Position numbers and translations under genes: made by a program. From the NCBI GenBank assembly GCA_965116885.1, contig OZ220741.1, forward strand, positions 2,016,001-2,080,000: a DNA stretch of 64,000 nucleotides, in the 5' to 3' direction. Origin of the DNA: Candidatus Latescibacterota bacterium (GTDB lineage Bacteria; Latescibacterota; UBA2968). Shown here piece by piece: positions 17,561-26,846 of the stretch; positions within the stretch are counted from its first letter, which is position 1, and each line of letters begins with the position of its first letter. The notes under the pieces are model-generated. The model was not told where the DNA came from. It did not search any database and saw only the letters and a program-made list of their open reading frames with translations.

Positions 17561-19630
17561 TTATCGAATGATCATGAATTTCCCAACGTGGGACTGGCCT
17601 TCTTGTCCCGCGACATGAGAGGTTACGTGATAGATGTAAAGTCCCGCGGCCGGGCTTTCGGAAAAGTCGGTCTGCAAATAATTGCCATTGGCCTGACTGC
17701 CCCAGGTGGTTTCTCCAAAACCGTCGTGTTCAATAATTTTTATCAGATCGCCCGCAAGCGTGTAAATCCGGATGGTGCATTTGGCCGGGATATTTACAAA
17801 AGCCAGGCGATTGTTCTGAGATGCATCCAGCAACCCGCTTCGCTGCCGGAAGGGGTTGGGTACCACGCGGATTTGGGTCATATCATCAGAAGGTGCTTTG
17901 GGGGCTTCCGTAGCGAAAAATGTATAGGCCGTTATGCCGCTTTCCAGGCCGTGCCTATCGTAGGAGGTCACCGCAAAGCGGAAGGGGATACCGGGGTCGG
18001 TCTCGACTTGAAAAGAGATCTTGTCGCCCTGCTTATAGGTTGCGGCTTCCGCTGCGGAAATATCCTCAAGCAGTTCCCAGGGACCGGTGATGTGAATTTC
18101 TGACCGGTAAACCCGATATCCGGCAAAGTCATTTTCACCTGTGCCCGGGTCCTGGTAATTATCCGGAACAGCTTGCCATGTTAAGGTGAAACCCTGTGTC
18201 CCGGTACTGGCGTCGGCAAATGGCTCAGCTTCCAGCTTGGGGTATCCGTCTTCGACAAATGGTTGGGTTCCCACAAGAGGGGGCGGATACTGATCGGCGG
18301 GTAGCTTGTAGTTATTGGCGATCAGTTCCAGAGCCGAATCCCAGTTTTGCTTCAACGCAGCAATACCTTCTGCCTGGTATCGTTGTGCGGCTTCTAATCC
18401 ACCGCGTTGCGACACATTGCGATCCATCTCGCCAAAGCAATAGAGGATGATCAGTTCAATTTCATCGCCGGGCTGAAAATTGTAGGGACCAATATAGGAA
18501 TACAGCATGGGGGATCGCTCGAAGAGATTGCCATCCACCGATCCGTCTTTGGGACGGGATGGGTCGTTCCAGAGGTCAATCCAACTCGCCCGCTCCTGAT
18601 CGTGTGAAAAGGCTATCAAATCCTGTTCCCAGCTTTGTCCGGCCCACAAACGCCCGGATTCGCGCGCTGGTACGCGCGCATCGCTCATCCTGCCCGCGAA
18701 GTTGCCCGTCCGTGTTGCGGATTCAGCCGCAGCGAGGATATTGTAATGGGGTTCTTCGGGCTGACCGTTGTAAGTCAGATTTAGAATGCCCCACGCCCGG
18801 GCTTCTGGTTCGTAGAGTCTGCGGTCCAGAGACCCGGCTTCGGTGATATTGCCGGGGTCACCCCCATCGCCGGTCACGTCTCCCGGCGACTCGAATACGC
18901 CAAACGAAAGGGGCGCGCTTTCCGTGGTCGGCCACTGCACATCGTCGTAGAATATGAAAATTTTCCGTTCCGGATCCCAGTCGAATTGCATGTCGTTCTT
19001 GAACTTGAAGGCGTTGTTCACGAGCTGACCGTTGTTGTACTGAACCTGAGCGGGAAAACACATGTAGAAATCTTCAAAGGGTACGTCATCGACATGTTTG
19101 ATCTTGATCTTGTGGATGACAAAATCGTCGTATTTAGGCACACTCCACACCATTGTCTTGGTGGTGATCTGCATTGCTCCCATTGGATCGGCCGGGCTGG
19201 CTGGATTCATTTTGAACGTCTGGAAAACCCCTTCGCCCCATTGCTCGGCCTCGTTGGTACCGCCTGGTCCCACAAAATTGTAATTGTAATTGTTGACCAT
19301 GGGCGTTACGGCACCGCCAAAAGACACAATACTCCGTTCTGTTAAGTTGATCTTGACCCGCCGCCCCTGATTGTTGACCCAGATCCAGGGCGCAATCATG
19401 TCCATGTGATCCGGTGCTTGATAATAGCCGGGATATGAAACGACATTGGGAATCGCCGTTTCTGCGTAATTCGCCGCGGTACTCGTGCCCCACCACAATC
19501 TTCCGGCGGTAAACTCGATTGGGTTGTTGCCCACGAGTTGGCTTTCGGGCACCTGAGCATTTACAACCTCCGGCAACATCAGCACGAGGCACATCACCCA
19601 GAGTGGGAGAAGCCTGCGTATTGCATTCAT
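17561..19630 (-). CDS. Secreted protein with an FN3-like domain and a C-terminal T9SS-sorting/FlgD-Ig-like domain
   Basis: Signal peptide; LTW..FAGYRVYRS..FAVTSYD..GLES; IRVVPNPF..FVNIP..CTIRIYTLAGDLIK..GLYIYHV..GKFMIIR. Confidence 0.8.
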   Translation of the reverse strand: MNAIRRLLPLWVMCLVLMLPEVVNAQVPESQLVGNNPIEFTAGRLWWGTSTAANYAETAIPNVVSYPGYYQAPDHMDMIAPWIWVNNQGRRVKINLTERSIVSFGGAVTPMVNNYNYNFVGPGGTNEAEQWGEGVFQTFKMNPASPADPMGAMQITTKTMVWSVPKYDDFVIHKIKIKHVDDVPFEDFYMCFPAQVQYNNGQLVNNAFKFKNDMQFDWDPERKIFIFYDDVQWPTTESAPLSFGVFESPGDVTGDGGDPGNITEAGSLDRRLYEPEARAWGILNLTYNGQPEEPHYNILAAAESATRTGNFAGRMSDARVPARESGRLWAGQSWEQDLIAFSHDQERASWIDLWNDPSRPKDGSVDGNLFERSPMLYSYIGPYNFQPGDEIELIILYCFGEMDRNVSQRGGLEAAQRYQAEGIAALKQNWDSALELIANNYKLPADQYPPPLVGTQPFVEDGYPKLEAEPFADASTGTQGFTLTWQAVPDNYQDPGTGENDFAGYRVYRSEIHITGPWELLEDISAAEAATYKQGDKISFQVETDPGIPFRFAVTSYDRHGLESGITAYTFFATEAPKAPSDDMTQIRVVPNPFRQRSGLLDASQNNRLAFVNIPAKCTIRIYTLAGDLIKIIEHDGFGETTWGSQANGNYLQTDFSESPAAGLYIYHVTSHVAGQEGQSHVGKFMIIR

Positions 19631-19706
19631 CTAAAACTCCTTTGTTGTTTGAGAAGGGAATTGCAGGCCGGGTATCGTTCGTTCTTCTCGACACCCGGCT
19701 ATTTGG

Positions 19707-22700
19707 CTAATAATCAATCGACAGCGAGAAGAACAACTCTCTCGGATTCAGGTCCGGGCGGTAAATCGTCCACTGATTCGGCTCTACCCATTCGGCTGAA
19801 GCACCATCTGGCGTCAGATAGGAGGCTTTTATCACGGGCATTTCACCCTTTTCAATGTAGTTGAACAAATCTTGTCCGCCGAACAGTTTCAGGATTTTGT
19901 TGTTGAAGACATTGTGTATGTCTATTGCGAATTCGCCCTTCATTCCACCCACCAGTTCGAAACGCTTGGAGAGACGCGCATTGGTGCGGTGATAGGGTTT
20001 CCACGATCGGTTCAGCGGTTCGGTGCTCGTATCGCCGGGCGGATGATAGGTGTATCGCTGCGCCGAAGCATAGGTATAGTGCATATTCAAGAACCAGTTG
20101 CCCATCACCGGGCCAAAGTCGTTGGGTGTGCTGAGCAATGCATTGAGCTTAAACGTGTTGTGCGGGTTCCACAACTCCAGATTGTTCTCGCCGGATCCGT
20201 GATAGCGATCCCTTCCGAGTTGCTTGATCGAACCGTCTGGTTGTTGGATGGGAATATAGAGGGCCGTCGGACCATAGGCACCCGTGCTGGAATAGGACAG
20301 ATCGTATTTGAGTTGGAGGCGCACATTTTGCCAGCGCTTGGTACTCAATTCCAGTTCCAGACCGCGTGCATCCAGGCGTGCTCCCGCCATCGAGAAAGCG
20401 CCCCGGTTGGTGAACCCACTCTGAGGTGTTTGCTTCTGCGGATTGTTGGGATCCATAAACAAAGTGAATTGAAGCGTTGCACTGTTGCCGGTTTCTTCCT
20501 CACGTCCCTGTCGGAAACCTCGCCTTGTCAGATCCTTGGCGTCTTTGTAATACATGGTTACATCCAGACCGAGCGCCCCGGCAATATCCTGATCAAAGCC
20601 CACTTCGTACTGGATCATCTTTTCGAACCCGATCTCCGGGTTGCCACCTGTGCCCCACCAGTGGATATAGTTGTAATCCTCGTTGGGATTTGCATCGTAG
20701 TTGGGTGGCAGTTGAACGCTCGGATCAGAGGGTGCCCCGCGGTTCCAGATGGCCTTATTCCCGGCAATTTTTACCCAGGGAGGTCGCTGGTTAAAATGTC
20801 CGTACATAAAGTGCAATACGGTGCTCGCGGTAATGGGATGCGCGATGCCCACGCGGGGTGAAATCGCGACCTGTAGCGGTGTCTTGGCGGCATGGGGACC
20901 GTCCGGATCAAAGGACAGAATTCCGCCCGCAATATTGCCATCGGTAATACTCGACAGCGCGTAGGGATCCCAAAGGATGTAATTCACGTTCCGGTTGGCG
21001 TTGAACATGTCCAGGCGCAAGCCGAGGTTTACGATCATGCCTTCGGCTTCGATTTGATCCTGCACATAAGCGGTGAAATCCCAGGGGCTATAATCCCTGT
21101 TTGGCACCTTGTTAAACGGTTGTGAAGCCGATCCAAATTGCCCACCGTACCAGGTATCGATATACTGCGGATCGAATGATAGGCCCGCCTTGACCAGATT
21201 GTGTTCGTTGACCTGGCTGGTCAGATCAAAATTGATTGATGTTCGCCAGGTATTGGCGAACAGTTTGGCGTTATCTCTCGGCCATTGCCACCGCCGTCCG
21301 CCAGTGCTGACCGGACTGGTGGGGAACCAGGTGGGTTCCAAAAATGCCGGGGTTCGATCGAGTTGATCCTGGAATAAGACGGGATTCGTATCCAGGTTTT
21401 CGTAATGCGCGTCGTAATCCATTCGGTAGTGCTGAATGCGGAAATCCATAAATGTGCGCGGACTGAAGACGTGCGTCAGTTTTAACATTGCCGCATTCGT
21501 CCGAATATACTGTGGAGGCGGCACGCGCGAGTTATTGCCGGTAATTACGCTGTTGCCGTTCGAATTCCATTTCTCTCTCTGAAAAGGCGTTCGGATTCCA
21601 CCCGATGGAAGATTCCCCATTGAACCACCCATATCGTCGGACGACATGTAAGACAATCTGGGCTGACCGCTGTTATCGGTGCCCTGGTGGTTGAACGATG
21701 CCGTGATTTTGGTGTTCTGGGTCAGGTTGTAATTCAATTTGGCGAGCGCGCTCCATTCGGGGCTGTATTTGAAAACACTCGGCCATCTGGTTACACCTTG
21801 CAAATACTTGCCGCTTAACAACAGATCCATATTGGAGGAGATGGGACCGAAAGCAGCGCCTTCCCACTCCCACTGGTCCAGATCTGCGTAATTACCCATG
21901 TCTTCCGGCGGCGTTGTGAATTCCTGATATTTCTGCCAGTTGAACTCAGGTGTAGGATTTTGGCCCTGCTCTGTCCAGTAGTTATTCCAGGAGGCTCCCA
22001 TGTCGTTTTTATCGAAGAACTCTTTGGTGATTACCTGGTTCTCGACATTTTCCTCGCTGTAAATATTGCGGCCCCAGTGGTACTTCCCGCGCGGGCGCAT
22101 GCGCGTTTTGGCAGTCGTGTGCCAGCGGTCTCGCGCTGATCGCGTTACGATGTTGATGATCCCATCGTTGGCCCGGCCGTATTCCGCGTTGTATCCACCC
22201 GTGAGTATTTCCATTTCCTGGATGGCCGCGGTATTGGTCACGACAAAGCTGGATTGGGTATTGCCGTCCCGCACATCCACGCCATCTATAATATAGGCGG
22301 CGGTGAAGCCATATCCTCCGCGGATACTTCCCCGAACCCCCACTCCAGATTGGGTTTCCACGGCCTCTTCCACGGAATTGGCCCAACTCAATTCCAGGTC
22401 CATCGTCGTCATCGCCTGCTTGCTCCCCGTGAGGTCGAGTTCTACGGGGGGGCGTTCGGCCATGACCAGTATCTCGGCTGCTTCAAGGGTTTCTTCGGTC
22501 AGTTCAAAATTGAGTTTTGTGGTCTGGTCAATTTTTACGCGGACATCGGTCTGCGTGACCTTTGTATATCCCACCATTGACGCCTGTACTTCCAGCAGGC
22601 CGGGTGGGACATTGAGGATAAAATAGTTGCCATCGGCGTCTGTTGTCGCACCCAGGCGGGTGCCGAGCACGACGACGTTTGCGCCGGGCAATACTTCTCC

Positions 22701-22805
22701 CGATTTGGCGTCTTTTATTACGCCGGCAACCTTCCCCGTGGTACCTGCAAAGGCTTGAGATACCAGGCAAAGGGAAATGATAAACAGCAAACACATTCGC
22801 TTCAT
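19707..22805 (-). CDS. TonB-dependent receptor with an N-terminal carboxypeptidase-regulatory-like domain
   Basis: GKVAGVIKDAKSGEVLPGANV..GATTDADGNYFILNVPPG; plug AIQEMEILTGGYNAEYG..GIINIVTR; terminal aromatic strand FFSLSIDY. Confidence 0.93.
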   Translation of the reverse strand: MKRMCLLFIISLCLVSQAFAGTTGKVAGVIKDAKSGEVLPGANVVVLGTRLGATTDADGNYFILNVPPGLLEVQASMVGYTKVTQTDVRVKIDQTTKLNFELTEETLEAAEILVMAERPPVELDLTGSKQAMTTMDLELSWANSVEEAVETQSGVGVRGSIRGGYGFTAAYIIDGVDVRDGNTQSSFVVTNTAAIQEMEILTGGYNAEYGRANDGIINIVTRSARDRWHTTAKTRMRPRGKYHWGRNIYSEENVENQVITKEFFDKNDMGASWNNYWTEQGQNPTPEFNWQKYQEFTTPPEDMGNYADLDQWEWEGAAFGPISSNMDLLLSGKYLQGVTRWPSVFKYSPEWSALAKLNYNLTQNTKITASFNHQGTDNSGQPRLSYMSSDDMGGSMGNLPSGGIRTPFQREKWNSNGNSVITGNNSRVPPPQYIRTNAAMLKLTHVFSPRTFMDFRIQHYRMDYDAHYENLDTNPVLFQDQLDRTPAFLEPTWFPTSPVSTGGRRWQWPRDNAKLFANTWRTSINFDLTSQVNEHNLVKAGLSFDPQYIDTWYGGQFGSASQPFNKVPNRDYSPWDFTAYVQDQIEAEGMIVNLGLRLDMFNANRNVNYILWDPYALSSITDGNIAGGILSFDPDGPHAAKTPLQVAISPRVGIAHPITASTVLHFMYGHFNQRPPWVKIAGNKAIWNRGAPSDPSVQLPPNYDANPNEDYNYIHWWGTGGNPEIGFEKMIQYEVGFDQDIAGALGLDVTMYYKDAKDLTRRGFRQGREEETGNSATLQFTLFMDPNNPQKQTPQSGFTNRGAFSMAGARLDARGLELELSTKRWQNVRLQLKYDLSYSSTGAYGPTALYIPIQQPDGSIKQLGRDRYHGSGENNLELWNPHNTFKLNALLSTPNDFGPVMGNWFLNMHYTYASAQRYTYHPPGDTSTEPLNRSWKPYHRTNARLSKRFELVGGMKGEFAIDIHNVFNNKILKLFGGQDLFNYIEKGEMPVIKASYLTPDGASAEWVEPNQWTIYRPDLNPRELFFSLSIDY

Positions 22806-22872
22806 GTGTCAACTCCTTTGTTTGTGGTTGTGACGGGGATGACTTCCCCGCCTGACGACTTGGTTTCTTTCT

Positions 22873-22896
22873 TCAAAAATCACTAACTCTCGGCAT
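22873..22896 (-). other. Candidate 7-aa leader ORF (MPRVSDF) upstream of the TonB receptor
   Basis: AGAAAGGAGGT-7 nt-ATG CCG AGA GTT AGT GAT TTT TGA, followed by hairpin GGCGGGGA..TCCCCGTC. Confidence 0.4.
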
Positions 22897-22913
22897 TAAA
22901 AGGACCTCCTTTC

Positions 22914-23717
22914 TCAGTGTAAATTGTCCGTTCTCAATATCCAGTCCAACGGGGTCCAGTCCGTTTGGGGTGGTCCCGCTTTTGGGACGTATTGATATTT
23001 GGGGTCTGCCCTCAGCCATCCGTGAAGCCCAACGCGTACGTGGTCGCCCCGGTTGGCAGAAGCGGCGTGTACCATCAGATAGTGACATATCGCCACGTCA
23101 CCTGCCCGTGCGACGACGGGGATTGGATCGTTGAGCGGGATGTCCGGCGCGCCTGTGCTGCCGGTTGTGCGCCATTTTTCTCCGAGGTCGATGTTGTTGG
23201 TATAAGCCCACGAAAATACCTGCCGCGGGCTGCCCGGCCATACGGTGAAGGCGCCGTCGTGTGCATCCGTGTCTGTGAGATAGGCCATGACGAGGAGGAG
23301 AAAGTGGGTGGGATATGCGGTGAGGCCATTGCCCTGGCGCGTGCCGTCGATATGCGCGCCGCCCGGTTCAAATTGTTTGGGTCCCGGCTGCGGAAATCGC
23401 AATATGGGGCTTAATCCCGGTTCATTGGTGATAGCTGGTCCGGCGAGTTCACGCACGATGGCTTTTAGTTTGGGTGAGATACACAGGGTCCGATCAATTG
23501 CAATGCCTTCCTGAGTTACATGCATGCCATTTTTGTCTTTGGGCCATGTTTTTGACTCATCTGGCACGATGCCGGTTTTATTTTTGAGTTCTTTTAGTCC
23601 CGCACGCACGCGGTCCGGATTGACCAGTCCCGGGACGATGACAAATCCGTCATTCACAAATTGCGCGACCTGCGCCTGCGTGAGGTGCGCTGTGCCTTCT
23701 GGCTTGGAGATAGACAT
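22914..23717 (-). CDS. Phytanoyl-CoA dioxygenase (PhyH) family Fe(II)/2-oxoglutarate oxygenase
   Basis: FVNDGFVIV; HID; VWPGS; AGDV..H. Confidence 0.9.
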   Translation of the reverse strand: MSISKPEGTAHLTQAQVAQFVNDGFVIVPGLVNPDRVRAGLKELKNKTGIVPDESKTWPKDKNGMHVTQEGIAIDRTLCISPKLKAIVRELAGPAITNEPGLSPILRFPQPGPKQFEPGGAHIDGTRQGNGLTAYPTHFLLLVMAYLTDTDAHDGAFTVWPGSPRQVFSWAYTNNIDLGEKWRTTGSTGAPDIPLNDPIPVVARAGDVAICHYLMVHAASANRGDHVRVGLHGWLRADPKYQYVPKAGPPQTDWTPLDWILRTDNLH

Positions 23718-23747
23718 GGAAATATCCCGAGGTTTTGAAGGTTGGTA

Positions 23748-24467
23748 TTACAGTCCTGCTGGTAAGAGAATGAGTTCGGGTATTCGCGCACGGGCGGGCG
23801 TGGTCGCTACATACAGGCATGCATCGGCTACGTCTTCAGGTTTTAATGCTTTGGCCATGACTTCTGGGGGTGTAGGTACGGGACGCTTTAAGACGATGGG
23901 CGTGTCGCACAATCCGGGGAAGATTACTGTGGTGCGAATGCCGTTTTCCTGTTCTTCCTGGAATGTCCCGTGCGCCAGGCCAGACATGCCGTGTTTGGAT
24001 GCCTGATAAGATACGCCGGAGACATCGGGCGATTGTACACATCCAGAAGATAAATAGATGATCAGGCCCGATTGCTGTTTTCGCATGACGGGCAATACCG
24101 CTTTTGTGCAGTTGAATGCGCCGGTCAGGTTTGTGCCGATCATCATGTCCCACGTTTCGTGGGTTAATACTTCGAGGCTGCGGTCCGGGATGTTTGTTCC
24201 CGTGGCGTACACGAGAATATCGATTTGTCCGAATTCATCCAGTGTTGTCTGGATTAAGTGGTTTACCTGTTCTATGTCCCGCGCGTCTGTGGGACATGAG
24301 ATTGCGCGGTTTCCTATTTCTGCTGATAGGTCGTCTAATTTGTCTTTGCTTCGCGCTGCCAGTACCACGCTGGCACCTGCCTGAGCATAAGATCGCGCGG
24401 TCGCTTTTCCCATTCCCGAACTGCTTCCCACAATTATAGCGACTTTGTTCTCCAGCGCGTGATGCAT
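23748..24467 (-). CDS. SDR family oxidoreductase
   Basis: VGSSSGMG and YQASK motifs; start MHHALENK with AAGGAG RBS. Confidence 0.92.
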   Translation of the reverse strand: MHHALENKVAIIVGSSSGMGKATARSYAQAGASVVLAARSKDKLDDLSAEIGNRAISCPTDARDIEQVNHLIQTTLDEFGQIDILVYATGTNIPDRSLEVLTHETWDMMIGTNLTGAFNCTKAVLPVMRKQQSGLIIYLSSGCVQSPDVSGVSYQASKHGMSGLAHGTFQEEQENGIRTTVIFPGLCDTPIVLKRPVPTPPEVMAKALKPEDVADACLYVATTPARARIPELILLPAGL

Positions 24468-24565
24468 GGGCTTCTCCTTCAGGTTGGACTCATTCAAATA
24501 CAGTTTTACAATGTAATAAGGTCTATAAATACGCGCAAGTGTAACAGGAAGGGTAACAAGGTGAG

Positions 24566-24641
24566 CGGGCGACCACAGGGGGTCGCCCCTACAGGCTGGA
24601 TTAACAATACCATCGTAGGGAACGGCCCCCGTGCCGTCCCG
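24566..24641. repeat. GTAG-family REP doublet, copy 1
   Basis: CGGGCGACCACAGGGGGTCGCCCCTAC ... GTAGGGAACGGCCCCCGTGCCGTCCCG; near-identical copies at 26131 and 48154. Confidence 0.85.
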
Positions 24642-24744
24642 CATGCTCAGCCCCAGTATTCGTATTGCATGCACATGCGTAGAATCGTATCTTTTACAGA
24701 TAGTGGGAGATTGTGTAGATACTGAAAAACTGAAAGGACAAAAG

Positions 24745-26097
24745 ATGAGCGATTTGTTGATCGAAAAATATATGGCAAAGACGCCAAGGTCACGCGCGTT
24801 ATACCAGCGGGCGCGGGAGACGTTTCCCAGTGGGGTGACGCACGATACGCGCTATTTGAAGCCCTATCCGCTTTCTGTTGCCCGGGCACAGGGTGGGCGC
24901 AAGTGGGATGTGGATGGGTGTGAGTATGTCGATTATTTTGGGGGGCACGGTGCGCTGATTTTGGGGCATAATCATCCGGAGGTGACCGAGGCTGTGCGGG
25001 AGCAGTTGAGCAGGGGGACGCATTACGGTGCGTCGCACGAGTTGGAATTGGAATGGGCAGAGCAGATTATTCGGATGGTGCCGTGCGCGGATAAGGTGCG
25101 TTTTACGTCGTCGGGGACAGAGGCGAGTCTTTTGGGGTTGCGCGTTGCGCGCGCTTTTCAGAATAAGTCGAAGATTCTGCGTTTTACGACGAATTTTCAC
25201 GGCTGGCACGATCAGGTGGCTTTTGGTGCTTCGACGAGTTTTGACGGTACGCCTCCGAGTGGTATTACTGAGGATCATATTGAGAATGCCGTGTTGTGCG
25301 AGCCGAATAATATCGATCAGGTTACACAGGCACTTGAGAGTCGGGATGATGTTGCCGCGGTTATTCTGGAGCCGACGGGTGCGAGTTTTGGGCGGGTGCC
25401 CACGCAGGGCGAGTTTTTGCGCCAGCTTCGCGCTGTGACCCGAGAACACGGCGTGTTGCTCATTTTTGACGAGGTGATTACGGGTTTTCGCGTGGCGCCT
25501 GGCGGTGCGCAGGAATATTATGGGGTGACGCCGGATCTGGCTCTTTTTGCGAAAATTGTTGCGGGGGGTTTTCCCGGTGGGGCGATTGCGGGGCGCGCGG
25601 ATTTGCTCGATGTGATGACGTATCGCGACGATGCTTCGTGGAATGACAGATACCGCGTGCCACACCAGGGTACGTTTAATTCGAATCCGGTTTCAGCGCG
25701 TGCGGGGTTGACGACGCTTAAAATTGTTGCGGAGAATGAGATTACCGACTGGGCCAATCGGAATGGCGAGGTGTTGAGAAACGCGCTCAATGATGTGATT
25801 CAGAGACGTGGGATGAACTGGCTCGTGTACGGTGAGTTTTCGGGGTTTCAATTTTTGCCGTTGTCCGAGGATCAGACGTACACATGTTCGGATATTTACG
25901 ATGGCACAGTGCCTCATTCGGTTCTCAAGGGCGGGATTTCGATGAGGCAGATTCATCAGCTTCGCTGCGGTCTGATTGCAGAGGGGGTCGATGTGATGCC
26001 CTGGCCCGGTGGTGTGATTTCTGCAGTTCACAGCGATGCGGATATCGATCAGACGGCTCAGGCGTTTGATCGGGTGTTGGCGGTGTTTAAAGACTGA
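24745..26097 (+). CDS. Class III PLP aminotransferase (glutamate-1-semialdehyde aminomutase-like)
   Basis: WDVDGCEYVDY, RFTSSGTEA, LLIFDEVITGFR, PDLALFAKIVAGGFP, GTFNSNP. Confidence 0.92.
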   Translation: MSDLLIEKYMAKTPRSRALYQRARETFPSGVTHDTRYLKPYPLSVARAQGGRKWDVDGCEYVDYFGGHGALILGHNHPEVTEAVREQLSRGTHYGASHELELEWAEQIIRMVPCADKVRFTSSGTEASLLGLRVARAFQNKSKILRFTTNFHGWHDQVAFGASTSFDGTPPSGITEDHIENAVLCEPNNIDQVTQALESRDDVAAVILEPTGASFGRVPTQGEFLRQLRAVTREHGVLLIFDEVITGFRVAPGGAQEYYGVTPDLALFAKIVAGGFPGGAIAGRADLLDVMTYRDDASWNDRYRVPHQGTFNSNPVSARAGLTTLKIVAENEITDWANRNGEVLRNALNDVIQRRGMNWLVYGEFSGFQFLPLSEDQTYTCSDIYDGTVPHSVLKGGISMRQIHQLRCGLIAEGVDVMPWPGGVISAVHSDADIDQTAQAFDRVLAVFKD

Positions 26098-26130
26098 ATA
26101 TATGAATTCGCCCTATCCTGAAATACAATA

Positions 26131-26203
26131 CGGGCGACCACAGGGGGTCGCCCCTACAGCAAACCGCAATATCATCGTAGGGGACGGCCCCCGTGCCGTC
26201 CCG
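26131..26203. repeat. GTAG-family REP doublet, copy 2
   Basis: Direct repeat of 24566-24641 with a partly conserved spacer (CAATA.CATC). Confidence 0.85.
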
Positions 26204-26247
26204 TGCGTCATCGCGGCATGGTTAAAGCCGCGATCCAGTGTTTTTTG

Positions 26248-26817
26248 TCACGTTACCAGGATCCGTACATTCCGAAAATCAATGGGGCTGCGGTGGTTTT
26301 GAAGGCCGATGTATCCGGTTTTTAAGCGGTCTTTGAGGTCCGGGTGTTTGCCTGTGTCACAGGATATGACTTCGCGTCCGTTGATGATGACGTTTACCAT
26401 TGTTCCCTGGCAGGATACTTCAATTGCGTTCCATTCTCCCGCTGGATGAGACGGATCTGACGTGGGGGCGACCGCGTCGTAGATGGCGCCGTTTGATTTG
26501 TTGTTGAGTGGGTCGTGCGGTACGTCGTAAATTTGTATTTCCATCCCTTGATAGGCGGGGCGTCCTTCTTCACTCGTCCGCAGGAATATTCCGCTGTTTC
26601 CGCCCGCGCTGTTTCGATAGTCCAGGCGCAGTACAAAGTCTGTGTACGTAGTTTTGGGGCGTATCCATCCTCTGCCTTCGCCATCGCATACCATCAATCC
26701 GTTTTGGACTTCCCAACCTTCTTCCGGTCCGATAATTTTCCAGTCGTTCAGGTCTTTGCCGTTGAATAAGAGTTCAAATCCTTCGGCTTGTTCTTCTGGG
26801 GACAGGTGTGTTGCCAT
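26248..26817 (-). CDS. DUF1080 (3-keto-disaccharide hydrolase) domain protein
   Basis: LLFNGKDLNDW, NSGIFLR, EIQIYD, GAIYD, GEWN, GYIGLQNH..FRNVRI. Confidence 0.93.
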   Translation of the reverse strand: MATHLSPEEQAEGFELLFNGKDLNDWKIIGPEEGWEVQNGLMVCDGEGRGWIRPKTTYTDFVLRLDYRNSAGGNSGIFLRTSEEGRPAYQGMEIQIYDVPHDPLNNKSNGAIYDAVAPTSDPSHPAGEWNAIEVSCQGTMVNVIINGREVISCDTGKHPDLKDRLKTGYIGLQNHRSPIDFRNVRILVT

Positions 26818-26846
26818 TGGAGTTCCTCCGTAAATAGGTTATACCC

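Noticed and set aside
24745..26097. Assigning the symbol hemL
   Set aside because: The family is clear, but the N-terminal motif is SGVTHD rather than GGVNSP and there is no tetrapyrrole context
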